In this document: positions 39,372 through 52,517 of the stretch, piece by piece
Layout of the letters: every line of letters starts with the position of its first letter
Numbering within the stretch: the stretch's first letter is position 1
Assembly: GCF_964194025.1 (NCBI RefSeq)
Contig: NC_134480.1
Span: forward strand, 19,964,001 to 20,028,000
Origin: Convolutriloba macropyga
Lineage: Eukaryota
Reading direction: 5' to 3'
DNA: 64,000 nucleotides
The notes under the pieces: generated by a model
Told to the model about the DNA's origin: nothing
The model's input: the letters and a program-made list of their open reading frames with translations, nothing else
Database searches by the model: none
Translations under genes and position numbers: made by a program

Positions 39372-41879
39372 AAAAAAATAGGAGCGCTATAATAGCCGGC
39401 TGAGAAGATGAGGGCGGCTATTAACAATAACCAACTCTATTGTAGACCTAAGGAGAAAACGACGCTCAATCAAGTAGCTCAAACAATTTCAAATCTTGGT
39501 TCCATACGAAAATTGACAAATTGTGTCTCTTCATTAAACTCTTCATCCGAAATGTCGGAAAAAAACAATATTTTTCACAAAGGGCTCGACCTGTTTGGAC
39601 CCTCAATGCTTTTTCTGTTTCCCAACTTTCATTCTATCAGACAGTGGTCTAACTTCGATGTTGTTAATACTAGACTCTCGGCTACCTGCTGACATTTGGT
39701 CTCTGCCGGGCGAGTCACTATCTGAATTTTGAACTTCTATATAATTAATTGTACCAGAATTTTCTTTAGATCTTTCAGGGGCTCTCTTTTTATATTCTTT
39801 ATCATCAGAATGACCGCTCTTTAAAGCTTCCGTTCTATCTTTCTTCTTCCCGTTCTTCCGAGTATCTAAAAGCTAAGTTGTTTGAATTGGTGGTTTTGCT
39901 AGGAACTGTGCTTCTATTATGTCTTTCATTTGGAATTCTTCGTAAACATAGCCGACAGCTTACCGAAACAGCTGCGAAAAACGAACATTTATAACAAAAA
40001 TAAAGCATCAAAGCAGATTTTTTGAGGAAAAACAAGGAAAATCGCATCACAGCAGACTTGATTGCTGTAATACATAGGTACTTGAGTCCATGAATGCAAT
40101 TGAAAACAATTCAAACGGTCACGTTTAGCGAAAATTAAACTCCTTAATTTACTTCGCCTACGAGTCACTATTTATTAATATCACCCTTCAATACTAAGGT
40201 CCTATATTTACATTCAAATCTTTAAGAGTGCCATCAACTCATCGTAAATTCGAGATGTTATTAAATGAGCCGTGAAAAGTTGAAAAAGCGAAAAATTAGG
40301 ACGCGACAAAAGAAAAGACAACATGAGACAGATTGCTCTCAAATAACAGCCGGGACTAGATTTCACCGTATCCTGCTTTATCCACGACTGAAGGGGTTGA
40401 TTGTAGTGCTTGCATTATGGGCGAGGTGAAAACTTCAGAGGGGATTCAAATGATTTTACTAGAGCTTATGATAGACCACACTTCGTTAGTAACTTGCAGC
40501 TTAGAAACTTCAGCTGCTTATAAATATTGATAAGGGAGCAATGTTTGTCACACGATAAACCAAAGTCATTCAAGAGTCATAGAACAAGAAGACATACAAG
40601 ACTGCGATAATTGCACCAAACAAAGAGGATCGCAATGCACACTTCTTTACAAAGTAAACATTTAACCACATTTTAACATGACAAACTGGTTCTTGTGAGC
40701 CCTTTCAATCTTTATAAGGATCAACTTTGATTCTATACGACATTCACAAAGAATGTCAATCATAACTCGCTAAGTGAAATAAAAAAAACTAGAATATCAT
40801 TAAAAAAAAACTTTCGCAAACGGCGCTGAACAATCAACGAATATTTTTTACGCACAGCAGCATCGAAACATAATACATCTTTATGAAATTTCTAAGAGAC
40901 AGTATGTCTTAAAATTTTTCATAAACCAGACAACACGGATAGTTTGATTAACTTTTTAGCAAGCCATAAAATTTAAACTCCAATTTTATTACCATAGCAA
41001 CCAAGTTTGATTACGTTTACATCTTAAGAATCAATTGATTAAGAACAGTTTGGTCCTAATAACACCGGTAAAAAAGTTCTAAGACCATGCATGCACTTGT
41101 CTATCTATTTGAACACGTTCACGTACTTTAACAATTTTGCTTTTTACTTTTTTGCTGAAAATATTTTTTCTTTCCAGATTTTCAGAGGTAAGTTATTCCA
41201 CTTTCCCAAAAATTCCCATTTACTGATCGGTCACTCCATTTGGATTGCATTTTTTCTGAAAAACTGAATAGTTCGGGAGTTTTCTAACACCACGCCTTTT
41301 TCGATCATTCACCACATTTTTTACTGCTCTATTAAATCAAAAAATGATGAAAATTCCTTAATGAAATAGTTTACCAGCAGTTTACTCAGCAGATCCCTTG
41401 CTTTGTCTATTTTTGTGAGCATTTGGCAACTTTTGATAGCCCTAATTATTCATCTTCTTAGTCCCCGAGGCCATGAAGCTGGCAACGACTGGAAAAAAAT
41501 GTATATACTGAAAGTTTCGTGACAAAAAACAAGTGATCTGAAGAGTACAATTGTTGTGTTCAGAAATTTATTGCGTGGCTTTAGAAATTAATTAGAAAAC
41601 GACAAAACAAGAATTTTAAAAAGTAAAGAACTTGCTTTTTATCGGTATTAGGTGACATACTGAGTAAATGATAAAACAGCTTTAGGCATTTTTGCGAACA
41701 TTTTGTTCAGATTTGCCTCAAATGTCAAATAAATGTCAACCGCTAAACACAGTTAACGACAACCAGCCTATTATAATTCCATTGTAATGATATTCCTCAA
41801 AGTCTGATTGAGCATTTAGTCAAAAACATTTTCTCTTCTATCTCTGTTTAACGTTAACATATTGTTTTATACAACTATC

Positions 41880-43490
41880 TCTTTTCTTGATTAGAAGTTT
41901 TCAAGTATCTTAGCAAGGTGATATCACTAAAATTGGTCTGTCGTTTTCTGATTCAAGCTGATCAATTGTTATAAACTCCAGTTACACATGCATAGGCTTT
42001 TATTTATTAACTTTTTATTGAATTCATAACAATCATCTTTTGATTGGAAAATTTTCTAAAGACTGAAGAAAAACTTTGAAAAAACAGCTCTTCATATCTC
42101 TTTTTTTGCGCACACATCTTCCTTTATGCTTGTAAAGCAGATGCTCCTCTTCGTGCTTGAAATGATTCCTGTAAATTTTATGTCGGGGCAAATTCTGTCT
42201 CCTTTAAATGCACATCAATATGATGAGGAGAACAAAAAATATGGGCCCTAATAACAGCAACCGATCAGTAACATACGTTATAAAAATTAAGGGTTCAAGT
42301 ACTGTTCCTTGAGCAACTTCACGAAAATTTATAATCCAATCCAAATCTATGACGCCGTTTTTAAAGCATTGTTCGCTAGCAGTGATTTTGGATAGAAATG
42401 ATTTTAGCAAGGCTTTTGATCCTATAACAAATTCATACTCATTTGACAATTTATTTAGGGATCAGAAATTTGGGCTGATTTTCGTTGATTATAGCAAGGT
42501 TTACTACGTGGTCAAACATTTATTGGATCAGAAGCTTTTAAACTATTTTAGCAAGTTGGTATCACTAAAATTGATATATCGTTTTCTGAATCAAGCTGAT
42601 CATTTTTTAAAAATTGGAGTTACATATTCATATGCTTTTATTTATTAACTTTTTTCGCACACCTCTTCTTTTATGCTTGTGAAGCAGATTCTTTTCTTCG
42701 TGTTTGAAATGATTACCATAATTTTCATGTCGGGGCAAATTCTCTCTCCTTTAAAAGCACATCAATATGATAAAGAGGAGAACTAAAAAATGGACCCAAA
42801 TACCAGCAACTATATACCAGCAACCAATCGGTAATAAACATTATAAAAATTAAGGGTTCAAGGACTGTTCCTTGAGCGATTTCATTACTATTTATCATCC
42901 AATTCAAATATATGATGCCGTTTTTAAAGCATTGTTCGACAGGAATTATTTTGGATAGAAATGATTTTAGCAAAGCTTTTGATTCTATAACAAATTGAAT
43001 CATTTTAGGATTCACGTTGCGATCAGAAATTTGGGCTCATTTTTGTTAATTATAGTATGGTTTACTACACGGTCAAACATTTATTGAATTAGAAGCTTTT
43101 CAAATATTTTAGCAAGTTGAAATCGCTAAAATTGTCTGTCGTTTTCTGAATGAAGCTGATCATTTTTTCTGAATCGAGTTGGTCATAAATTGGAGTTAAA
43201 TAAGCATATGCTTCTATTTATTAACGTTTCTCTAAATTCATTACAATTATCTTTTGATTGGAAAATTTTCCAGACTTCTTTGTAAAAAAAAACTTTGAAA
43301 AAACAGCTCTTCATAGGTCTTTTTTTTCGCACACCTCTTCTTTTATGCTTGTGAAGCAGGTGCTCTTCTTCGTGTTTGAAATGATTCCCGTAATTTTTAT
43401 GCCGGGGCAAATTCTGTCTCCTGTAAAAGGCCATCAATATGATAAAGAGGAGAACTAAGAATATGGGCCCAAATACCAGCAACCATGGTG
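41880..43490 (-). mobile_element. Decayed non-LTR retrotransposon (CR1/L2-like) RT fragment, tandemly triplicated
   Basis: Minus-strand remnants resembling ENYRPISVIPTLAKIFEKLL, KALLKSFLS..EQC and QGTVL(G/E)PLIF..YVTD. Marker CGCACAC..CTTCTTTTATGCTTGT recurs at about 42108, 42656 and 43328. Confidence 0.7.
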
Positions 43491-44100
43491 ACAACACCCA
43501 AGTGTTGTTTTCTTTCTGACAGACAACAAAAGCTTTGATTAGAGGTTTTATTGTTTTGCACCCAATCCTTTTTTCATTAAACTCATTTAAAAATTGTGTA
43601 GTTATACCCCGCTACTCTAAAACTTGCAAATCCCAAACGCTAAAGGCAACAGAAAAAACACAGAAACCCACCCCCCCCCCCCCACCCCCAAGATGAACAT
43701 TAGGTTCGTTCCCATTACAGAAACATGAACACATAGCCCCACTTTTGGTATATTTACGGTTTTTTGAAGGGCTTATAATGGGAAAGAACCAAAGATTTTC
43801 TTTTCGGGCATCTTCTAGTAGTGCCTTCCCCTTGCTAGTGCCATCCCATTCACCCGTGTAGAGGTAATCCTCAGAAATCTGACCCGAATGACCAACCTCA
43901 ATTATGTGCACATACTCGCTCATTCTTTCTCATTTTTGTTTTTTATTTCATGCCGTAGAGAGCAAAAGAATTTTCATATTTGGCTATTCAAAACAACGCT
44001 GTTCAATGCACAAAAATTTCCAGACAACTTTTCAGCCTGCATGTATTGAGAATAAAAAGAATAGAACAACTTTCCAATCAAAGCTTTTGAAGTCGCTTCT

Positions 44101-44320
44101 CTATTCCTTTGACGCATGGAAATCCCCAATTCCATTCACAATTTCACAGAAATGCCCTCGAAAGGCCTTTGGACAAATACAAGAGACAACAGGGGGCACG
44201 TAAGATGCATTTTGTCTTTGAATCCTTGCCTGAAAACTTTCAGAGATACCACTTTGTCCAAAGGGACATCGACCTCCGTTTTTACAGTTGACAGGATCAC
44301 ACTCAAAAGAGACCGTTAAC
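44101..44320 (-). CDS. EGF gene B: second EGF-like domain with a long loop insertion, ending in a stop
   Basis: Acceptor gtttcag|G in phase. CDPVNCKNGGRCP-(long insert)-CICPKAFRGHFCE...HASKE*. Confidence 0.75.
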
Positions 44321-44473
44321 CTGAAACAATCAAATGCTCTGAGAAATAACAGACTCAATTTCGAACAGGAAATTGAATGTACCATAAAAAAACGGAAGGT
44401 GAATAACTGCAAAAGAAAAAAATGATTACAAAAAAGAGTTACAACTGTAAATAGGCGGAATTTCATTTATAAA

Positions 44474-44832
44474 CATAACCAACTAACGTCCGGCGAACTG
44501 CTCTGAAGCAACTGGCGATCCGTTAGCTTCTTCTATAGCTAGCTGGAGCTTCATGGGGGCTGAACCGCCAGAAAACTGCCAAGCTTATCAGGATTTGAGC
44601 TCTTCCAAGCATCTTCGGTGAATTGTATACTTATAGACCAGTAAAGTGCTGAAGAACTATATCACCTTAAAGCCTTCCCGAATTTATCTGTTCATCCCAT
44701 TTCTGAGGACGAAAAGTCAAATGGTCAGAACGAAAAGCTAAGACGAAACGTCGGCAGTACAAAAAATCACATATAAAAAAGAAAGGGCAACAGGACTAAT
44801 TTAGTAGTTAAAAATTAATTTGAGACCAATTT
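44474..44832 (-). mobile_element. HINE family C copy in the intron of EGF gene B
   Basis: CATAACCAACTAACGTCCGGCGAACTGCTCT ... CAGGACTAAT ... GAGACCAATT. Confidence 0.65.
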
Positions 44833-45571
44833 ATCACTTCTCATTAAAGGTTTTCAGAGTTCGGGTCTTGACGTGAAACTGGACTAACTCGTTATTCGAA
44901 AATCCGTCAGCAAAAACGACCATAGAGTGCAAAAACTGATATTCTGTGGTAAAAATACTCAATTTGAAAAGAAAACATTTTCTAGTCACCCACAACTCCA
45001 TTCAAAAACTGCGCTTCGAATGAAGGCAGCTTGCGTTTAGAATTCTCATTTTTATTCTCTAACTCCTGCAATGGGTAACCCATTTAACACGAGAAAATTT
45101 AATACGCTTCAGAGTAAAACAGCTACGTAAGACAGACAAGAAGCGCCAAAACGTGAAACAATTCAAAAAGATTTGAGAGGCATCTGCTTTTGATTATCCT
45201 AAACTATTGATTACAAAGAACTATGCCAACCTAGCACCATGTCGATGTACAAACGGGTCAAAATTATAACATATTTTTATATCGCCAAAATATCGACATG
45301 ATTGCTTTCAATTTCCTTTGCCAGGAAATAAAAAATTCAGCTTCAGGAAATGTTCTAGTCTCATTTTATAGGCAAATTTTATTGTTTCTGTAAAGTAATT
45401 CTTTATTCTAAAAAATTATGCAATAGCAAAAAAAAACGAATTTATTATTTCAATCTAAACAGGTGTGCTTACAAAGCAAGTGAGCACGGGCTTTTTTACC
45501 ACTATTTTTGGGGAGGAGAGGGGATCGGAGGGTGAGAATAAAACCGAAACAGTAAAGAGATTTGAACATAC

Positions 45572-45714
45572 ATGCAATTGGGGCCCGGTAACATCTGATC
45601 TTGCAACCATCCTGATTCGCATTCACATATGAATGATTGTGTATTTATAGGGACACAGTATCCGTGCTCACCACATGGATTGCCTAGACAAGGCCACGAC
45701 ACTTGCCTACGGGG
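45572..45714 (-). CDS. EGF-like domain exon of EGF gene B (paralogue of gene A)
   Basis: Acceptor cttttgtag|. PCLGNPCGEHGYCVPINTQSFICECESGWLQDQMLPGPNC. Donor AT|GTATGT, phase 2, the same intron position as in gene A. Confidence 0.82.
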
Positions 45715-48700
45715 CTACAAAAGTTGATGAACGCTGCTTCTGCATTCTCGCTGGGACCAAATGTCATCATTTTTAAGAGTTATTGCTATGAAGCTTTGAC
45801 TTCAAATATCACCAAATAGTATTTGTTAATTTATCTTATTTTTCGACTCGTAAAATTTAAACCCATGTCTATAAATTTTAATTTCTGTTCAAATAAAGGG
45901 AACTTTCAATGATTGGAAATTAGTTCGAGAACGAAACTGCGTACTGTGCGCTTGAAGCTCAATTTGTCATCTTCGTTTATATGTAGAAATAGACTTAAAA
46001 AACTTATAGACATAAATAATAGTAACCAATAAAACAAACCCATAGTCAAATTTTTGAAAACTAAGGAAAAACCTCTTGTTTTATCTCAATGCCTCACTCT
46101 AGCCCCCAACTTTTATAACTCGATAAAAACTGACAAGAACTAAAAAAATCCCCAAATTGTCATATACTGCTACTTACACTAACTCAAAACTAACAAATTT
46201 TTGATCCAAAAGTAAACCGTGGATCATCATTCCTTATCGAAATATTATTTTCACTTTTAAAACAATAGATTTGATGTTACTATCGTCTTTTAACCGTTGG
46301 TCAACATTTGGTCAAAATATCATTCATTCACGAGTTCAGCATGTCAAAGATTCTCCATAACTCATATAAATTTGCTTTCGGCATACTTTGATGATTACGT
46401 AACCTATTCAAATGTTATCAACTAATTGGTTATGACCAATTTTGGAAATTCTGCTTTTATCATCCCAAATTTCTGTGCTTCAGGGTCGCTAAACCGAGAC
46501 ACTGATTTCGCGGTTGACGAAAATTTCTTAATCTTTGCTAATTAAGATTTCAGTCCAACTAACTGCAAGAGATTGATTCTGAGAATACATTTGTATAAAT
46601 TATTTCAATGTAATTGAATACTGGAAAGAGATGGAGCTATAAAAAAGTATCGGATTGAAACGAAACCTAGACCAATAAATGAAAAAAGGGGTATTTATCC
46701 AAAAAGTAAAAACAGAACAGATCATCACTAAATCATCAGGACCGACGACTGCATAATAAGTTTGGTTATCGCGCTGTGTGTTATCGCACAAAGGGAGAAT
46801 ATCCGGAAAAACTAAATGTACTAGTATCTTGTTTAGGGTGACGTGAGAATGCATTGCCATAACAACTTTAGGAATTATGATCACACGTGCATCATTTTTC
46901 GACATTTTAATCTGAAACTGAGGGTGCCCATAGTGTTTGGGGGAAAATTCTTACGGCGATACGTCTCATGTCCATGCTATAATTTAACAAGCCTCAAGTT
47001 AGAAACATTTTGATTAAATCATTCAAGTGTAACAGAGAACTAAGTAGTTTAAGACGGTATTTGACCAGTCAATTGAGACATGTGAAGTCCCAAAAATCAG
47101 ACCAATTAATTGACAAATCTCGCCCTTCAGAGGTCCCAATATAATAATTATTTGGTTAACACACTACCGAAACAACAATTGACGAATTTTTGTACATCCT
47201 CCCCGGTGACGAAAAGTTTGTTTTAAAGTGCCTCTTTGATCAAATTGTAAAAAAGGCCATAGAAGCCTTCTATTGATTGATGTAAAACTAACATATTCGT
47301 TCACTCACAATGTTCCGACCATCTTGAAAAAATTCTTGCTTCCTCTCATTTTCACACCTTGCTGAATTTTCCCAAAATAGAGAAATTGAAAGCTTCATAC
47401 AAATGAAATATCATTCGAAATTTTGAGACTTAAAATTTGATAAATCAAAAGATAAAAAACAGTTATTTCCAACAAAATAGGTCTAATAATGCAAAATCAT
47501 TAGACTTCATATTTTATAATCAACATCAAAATTAAAAAAAATATGCGGTAAAATCAAAAAGTCAGTCAAACTATTAGGTCAGTAAAACTTACTTTATTAG
47601 GTCAGATTACGATCACACTTCACACCAGAAATTTACGTTTTCTCAAAACAGTTTCGATAAATCGGATACAGAGACTAGTGAGTTGTAAGGCTCTAAGAGA
47701 GCTACCCAGCTACTTATTGCCCTCCAGGAAGCTTTACCTGTTTGTCCCGTTTTTGAGAGCTTGAAATTGAAAAGCAATCACATAAAAAGACAACAGGACT
47801 AATATAATTGCCATAAACATTGTATGAGAGCAATTAATAATGAAAAGCCACAGATAATCAATTTGGAAATGATTGAAGAATGAAAATAAAATGCATGCTC
47901 TCAAGCTTATAACAGATGAAGAAGGCTCAATGGGTACGCAATTTTTCCGAGAAAACCAAAGCATACCTGTCGTAAAATAGTCGCCATTCATTCCCATAAA
48001 CCCAATTGAGACTAAAATAACAGGAAAAATTGATTTTTGCAGAAAAATATAGTTAACGTGCAAACTAGTTTGATGTAATTGCGTAGTTGGACATACTCTA
48101 GAATCAATAAGCATTACGGATGGTAACTAAGAATTTTCAGAACAAAGCTCAAGTAGCTGTTATCTAAATCTGGGCTCTATGCGTTAATCCCATTTCTATT
48201 TTTGATTTTGTTTTTGATACACACTCATTTGATTCTAGATTAATTTACTGAACAACTGCTATTGAAAAGCACTTTGAGCAGAATGAGCAAGCATCACAAA
48301 AACTTAAAAAAAAACTCAACAACAGAATACAAAGGGGGCTAAAAATCCAAAATTTGCCAAAAAAAATAGAATCTATATGAAAATTAGTTGCGAAGGCGTG
48401 AGAAAACAATTGACTAAAGTCGGAATTGCTCTCGAACGACTAGTGGGAGCTCTAATCAATTGCAACTTCAGTCAGTTGGGAGAGGAGCCGAAATTGGACT
48501 AAGATATACCACTATTAAGATTTAAAGTGAAAAATGGCACCAGTGTCAGCGAACTATTCATTTTCATTTGACTTTGAGTTTTAAATTGCCGCCAATTGAG
48601 TTCAGCTGCTTGAAATTGCGATTGAGAGAGGATTTTAGATCACGCAAAACGCAAAAAGTCAAGGGAGTAAAAGTCACTCGAAAAGTCAAACCAGTCAAGT

Positions 48701-50126
48701 GAAAAATTTGCAAAAAGACACACACGTTTACAAAAATTGCTTCTCTAAGAGAACAATTAAAAACTACAGACTCAACTCTTCGATCAAAGCGTAAAATAAT
48801 ACGTCAGAAGTGAAAATACAACCATTAGCAGTTCCGTAACGTAAAAAACAAACAAACAAAGACAAGATTTAAAAATTGACCAACACCTTTCAAACACATA
48901 TATCTAGGTCAACAAAAACGATAGCTAAAGTTCGAAGTCAGTAACTTGACAAACAATTGTGTTTCAAAAGAAGGCCATTGCGAGCTGTTATGTCTGAGAA
49001 CTGTCATGTAATGTCTTCTAAATCATCGCCAAATTGTGACACAATTTGTGTCAAATCATAGAAAGCATTAGCTCTGACCCGATAAAATTTTTTTCCATTA
49101 TCCAAACCTCGTCCACCAATGAACTTTTCCACGATTAATCAGATGGAGTGATAAAACAAAACGTGCACTTACCAATTAGAAATTAGCAATTAAATAGACG
49201 GAAAATTTGAGACCATTTCTTGAAAACAGAGTCAAAAGCATGGAATACTAACTCAAATCATTAATATGATTCAATTAGGCTTTATTGTCATATTAGCAAA
49301 CAATGAGAACTGTCATTCATAAGACTAAGTGATAAGACAAAACGAGAACTACGAAACAGGAAAAGACTAATTTTTTTCTTTTCAAAACAAATTGTGACAA
49401 ATTTTAGATATCAATTGACTGTGTGACATAGCTTCTGTTACGCCTCATTAGACAGCCGATGATACGAGTGATTAATGAAACTCAGAAACGGGACAAGAAA
49501 AACTACAAAAACGGGCAAATCAAAAAATCATCGATGTTTTATTAAAACCAACAGTATCTAACTTAGTCATATAAACCACTAACAGCCCGTTGATGAATTC
49601 AATAATACAAATATGTACATTATTAGAATGAATTAATGACCCTTCAAAAGCATTAAAAAATCAGGAGAAAAACGGCACACTGAAGTAAAATCATTGCCGT
49701 AAAACAAATTCGCATTCGAAGAGGAACAACTAGTTCAAACACCATTTTTTTCTCCATTTTACAAGAAAAAAATTACGTCTCAAACCTTGCTATCTCCGAG
49801 CTTTTCTCTCCCTGTATTGATCCCAGTAGGATTAGAACCACTACTCTCATTTCACTTCTCACTGATATCAAAAATTCGACGAAAGTGTGAACAGACCTTA
49901 GACAGATTAAAAAGAAATAGGGCGGCTACAATAGCAGACAGAGATGGCGGCTAACAAACTTTTCACCTATATTGTCTCGGAAGATTTTGTCGTCTTAAAA
50001 TTATCAAAAACCATTAAAAATACAAAAACCACAAAGGCATGATAGATGAAGAAACACACAGAGCAGGACATACGAACAGCGGTATAAGAAAAACTTAAGT
50101 AATAAAAAATAATGAGCAATAAGAAA

Positions 50127-51058
50127 CATACCCGGCAGATTGCCGGAAAATAGCCGCCGTTGATTCCAATAAGCATGATTGGGATTGAAATAACAGAAGA
50201 TATTGAAAAAAAAAAGATTTTTGTACAAAAACAATTTTTTAGGTCCGATTTATTTTGATGGCATTTCGTAGTTGAACATACTTCTGTTTCTTAGAGAGAG
50301 GCTACAGGGGCTACTATTAATAACAATAAGCATTAGAGATGGTAAATAAGACTTATAGGAACGACGTTCAAATAGCGGGCATCTAAAATTGGGCTTTATC
50401 CCGTTTCTAACTCTGACTTCAATTTTTATACTGAGTCTGTTCATTTTGAATTGCTTTGCTGAGCAGCTGATGTTCAAATTCACTTTTAGCAGAATGAGAG
50501 AAGAGAGAAACTAGCCTAGAGAAGTCAAAAAGATTTCACGCAAAATGTTGAAAAGGCGGCAAAATGAGGTAAAGCGAAACATTTTTTTATTCGACGAAGT
50601 AAAAAAACATAGCAGGACAAGTCCTGACGTACAATTCAAAGAATTTTCATTGACTAAACAGAAAACTAGACCTAGAACGGACTATGAATGGATTGGAAAA
50701 ACTATTTAGAAAAAAATCCGATCCAAAAAACGAAAAAACAGTAAAAATCAAAGTCAAATTGCCGCATGTGAACAAAAAACAACTAGCAAGAAAGCAAATT
50801 TTTGTTCAATCTTTGGATTCTTACTCTATGTTGAAATTATAACGAAAACAATTCACGCCGCAAAACCACTTGCTTTTTCGCTCCACTTCCTGTTTCAGCG
50901 AGACCAAAATCAGTACTCCGATTTGATTTCAAAAATCATGAAAATGTGTGAACAGATCTTAAAAAAAAAAGACAGCGCCCCAATACAATTCAAATTCTTT
51001 GAATTGTAAAAAAATAGGAGCGCTATAATAGCCGGCTGAGAAGATGAGGGCGGCTATT
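50127..51058 (-). mobile_element. HINE family A with nested family D (50608-51008)
   Basis: Near-identical to 36886-37890 joined to 39330-39422, with the same termini. Confidence 0.82.
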
Positions 51059-51462
51059 AATGATCATTGAATAATTCAAAAATATCTCGACATATCTTGT
51101 AAAAATTGCTGTCAATTCTCTTTTTTGAAGTCTGCTTACTTTTCTCAGCTACAAATCTTTTGCAGTAATATAATGCTTTGGCACAACAATCAAAATGTCA
51201 ATAAATCTTAATAATAAGAAGGATCTTATGATGTTGTAAGTAGCACAAAAAGTTCCAGCACCCTAATCGATGCCAACAAGCAATGAAATTTTAAATTGAA
51301 AAATTAAATCTGGACATATAATTCCAGCAAAAACATTGGGAAATAACTAAGCATTGACACCTGAGCTGCGTCAATATTTAAGTTTTTCGAGATGTCGGAT
51401 GAACAACTGGTCCATAGTATGAATTTTTTAATCCATCCCCTTTCTGATTTTATGGCGCCAGA

Positions 51463-51526
51463 TCAAACAAAGATCTCTTCTTCTGAAGTAAATGTTGGAG
51501 TTTCGTTTCCTTTTTCCGTTCTGTTG
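51463..51526 (-). CDS. Duplicated/alternative terminal exon of EGF gene A (NRTEKGNETPTFTSEEEIFV*)
   Basis: Nucleotide paralogue of about 52424-52488 with its own strong phase-2 acceptor ttttgtatttccag|C. Confidence 0.4.
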
Positions 51527-52294
51527 CTGGAAATACAAAAATCGACAAAGACAAAGAAATGGGCAACCCTGACGAGACCAATAATATCCTATCTATCGCT
51601 TTGCGGCAGTTAATAAACTAAACACGCACAAGAAAATGAAGAAACCCGCCAATCTTGGCTCAGAAACTTTTTCATCAGAAAGTTACACATTGACAGCAAA
51701 TGCACTAAAGTTAGCCCTTCGAAGACTACTAAAGCCATCTTAGGGCATCTATTGCAACTTAATACCCCCAGCATTTACATGTTGATAAGGTATCGATTGT
51801 ACCAAAAAAGGAGAGAACAAATGAATATCGGTTCGGTTAGATGACGGTAGCTTTCTATTGACAAAACCAATAGCTGCCTTTCAGTAGTGAACTGGGTCAC
51901 TTTAACTCAGCCGTTAAACTGGGCCACATTACGCGCGATTACTTTCTACCCTGGGTTCTCTTCACCCTGGGTAAAAATAAAGGAGGGAAAGACAACCGAT
52001 AAGCAAAAATTCTGCATATGAACACAAAACCGGTCGACTATGAAATAAAAGTCTTGGCAGTTTTTGAGGCAAGATGATACCTACAAACGATGGCTTTGCT
52101 TCTTCATAAACTTATTTCCGTGTTTATTATACTCTGTCTTAGTTTCGCATACAATAATTAGTTGCTAAATCTGCGACGAAGGAAAGCATGGGGTCAACCA
52201 CTTTCCAGTTTAATTTCTCCACCGAATTCCACATGCTAATGGATTAGATACAGGGCAATTAACATGTTGCGCGCGGTATCATCAAAGCGTGTGG

Positions 52295-52517
52295 CTAATT
52301 GCTCTGGAACGACAAAGCCGGAGCGCCCATTTGCATAGTACGCACGGGTTGAACTGATGCTGCCGATGGGGGAGTGGGAAAAGGTCCGTTCCTCAAAATA
52401 GGCCTTGGAGACATTTGGGGTGACAACAAAGATCTCTCCTCTTCTAAAGTCGATGCTGGAGTTTCGTATCTCTTTTCCGTTCTGTCGCTTGATCTGGATA
52501 TTTTCTGTCTACTCAGT
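52295..52517 (-). CDS. EGF gene A: probable terminal exon, Ser/Pro-rich cytoplasmic tail
   Basis: Open frame ...ISRSSDRTEKRYETPASTLEEERSLLSPQMSPRPILRNGPFPTPP...SFQSN*. Candidate acceptors (tttaag|A, gtag|A, tccag|A) are all phase 2, matching the upstream donor. Confidence 0.6.

Larger units (their letters stand above)
36886..39422 (-). mobile_element. Helentron-associated element (HINE/DINE-like), family A, containing nested family D and B elements
   Basis: On + it begins aa|CATACCCGGCAGATTGCCGG (hairpin) AAAATAGCCGCC and ends AATAGCCGG..GGCGGCTATT|aa. SubTIR AATAGCCGCC/GGCGGCTATT, no TSD. Confidence 0.8.

Noticed and set aside
42349-42648. Plus-strand ORF containing DFSKAFD, resembling an RT motif and suggesting an inversion
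   Set aside because: It is the antisense reading of KALLKSFLS, which fits the minus-strand RT in its expected place before QGTVLGP.
46600-46905. Possible upstream exon of EGF gene B (FPDILPLCDNTQRDNQTYYAVVGPDD)
   Set aside because: No convincing donor/acceptor pair could be fixed, so it was left unannotated pending RNA data.
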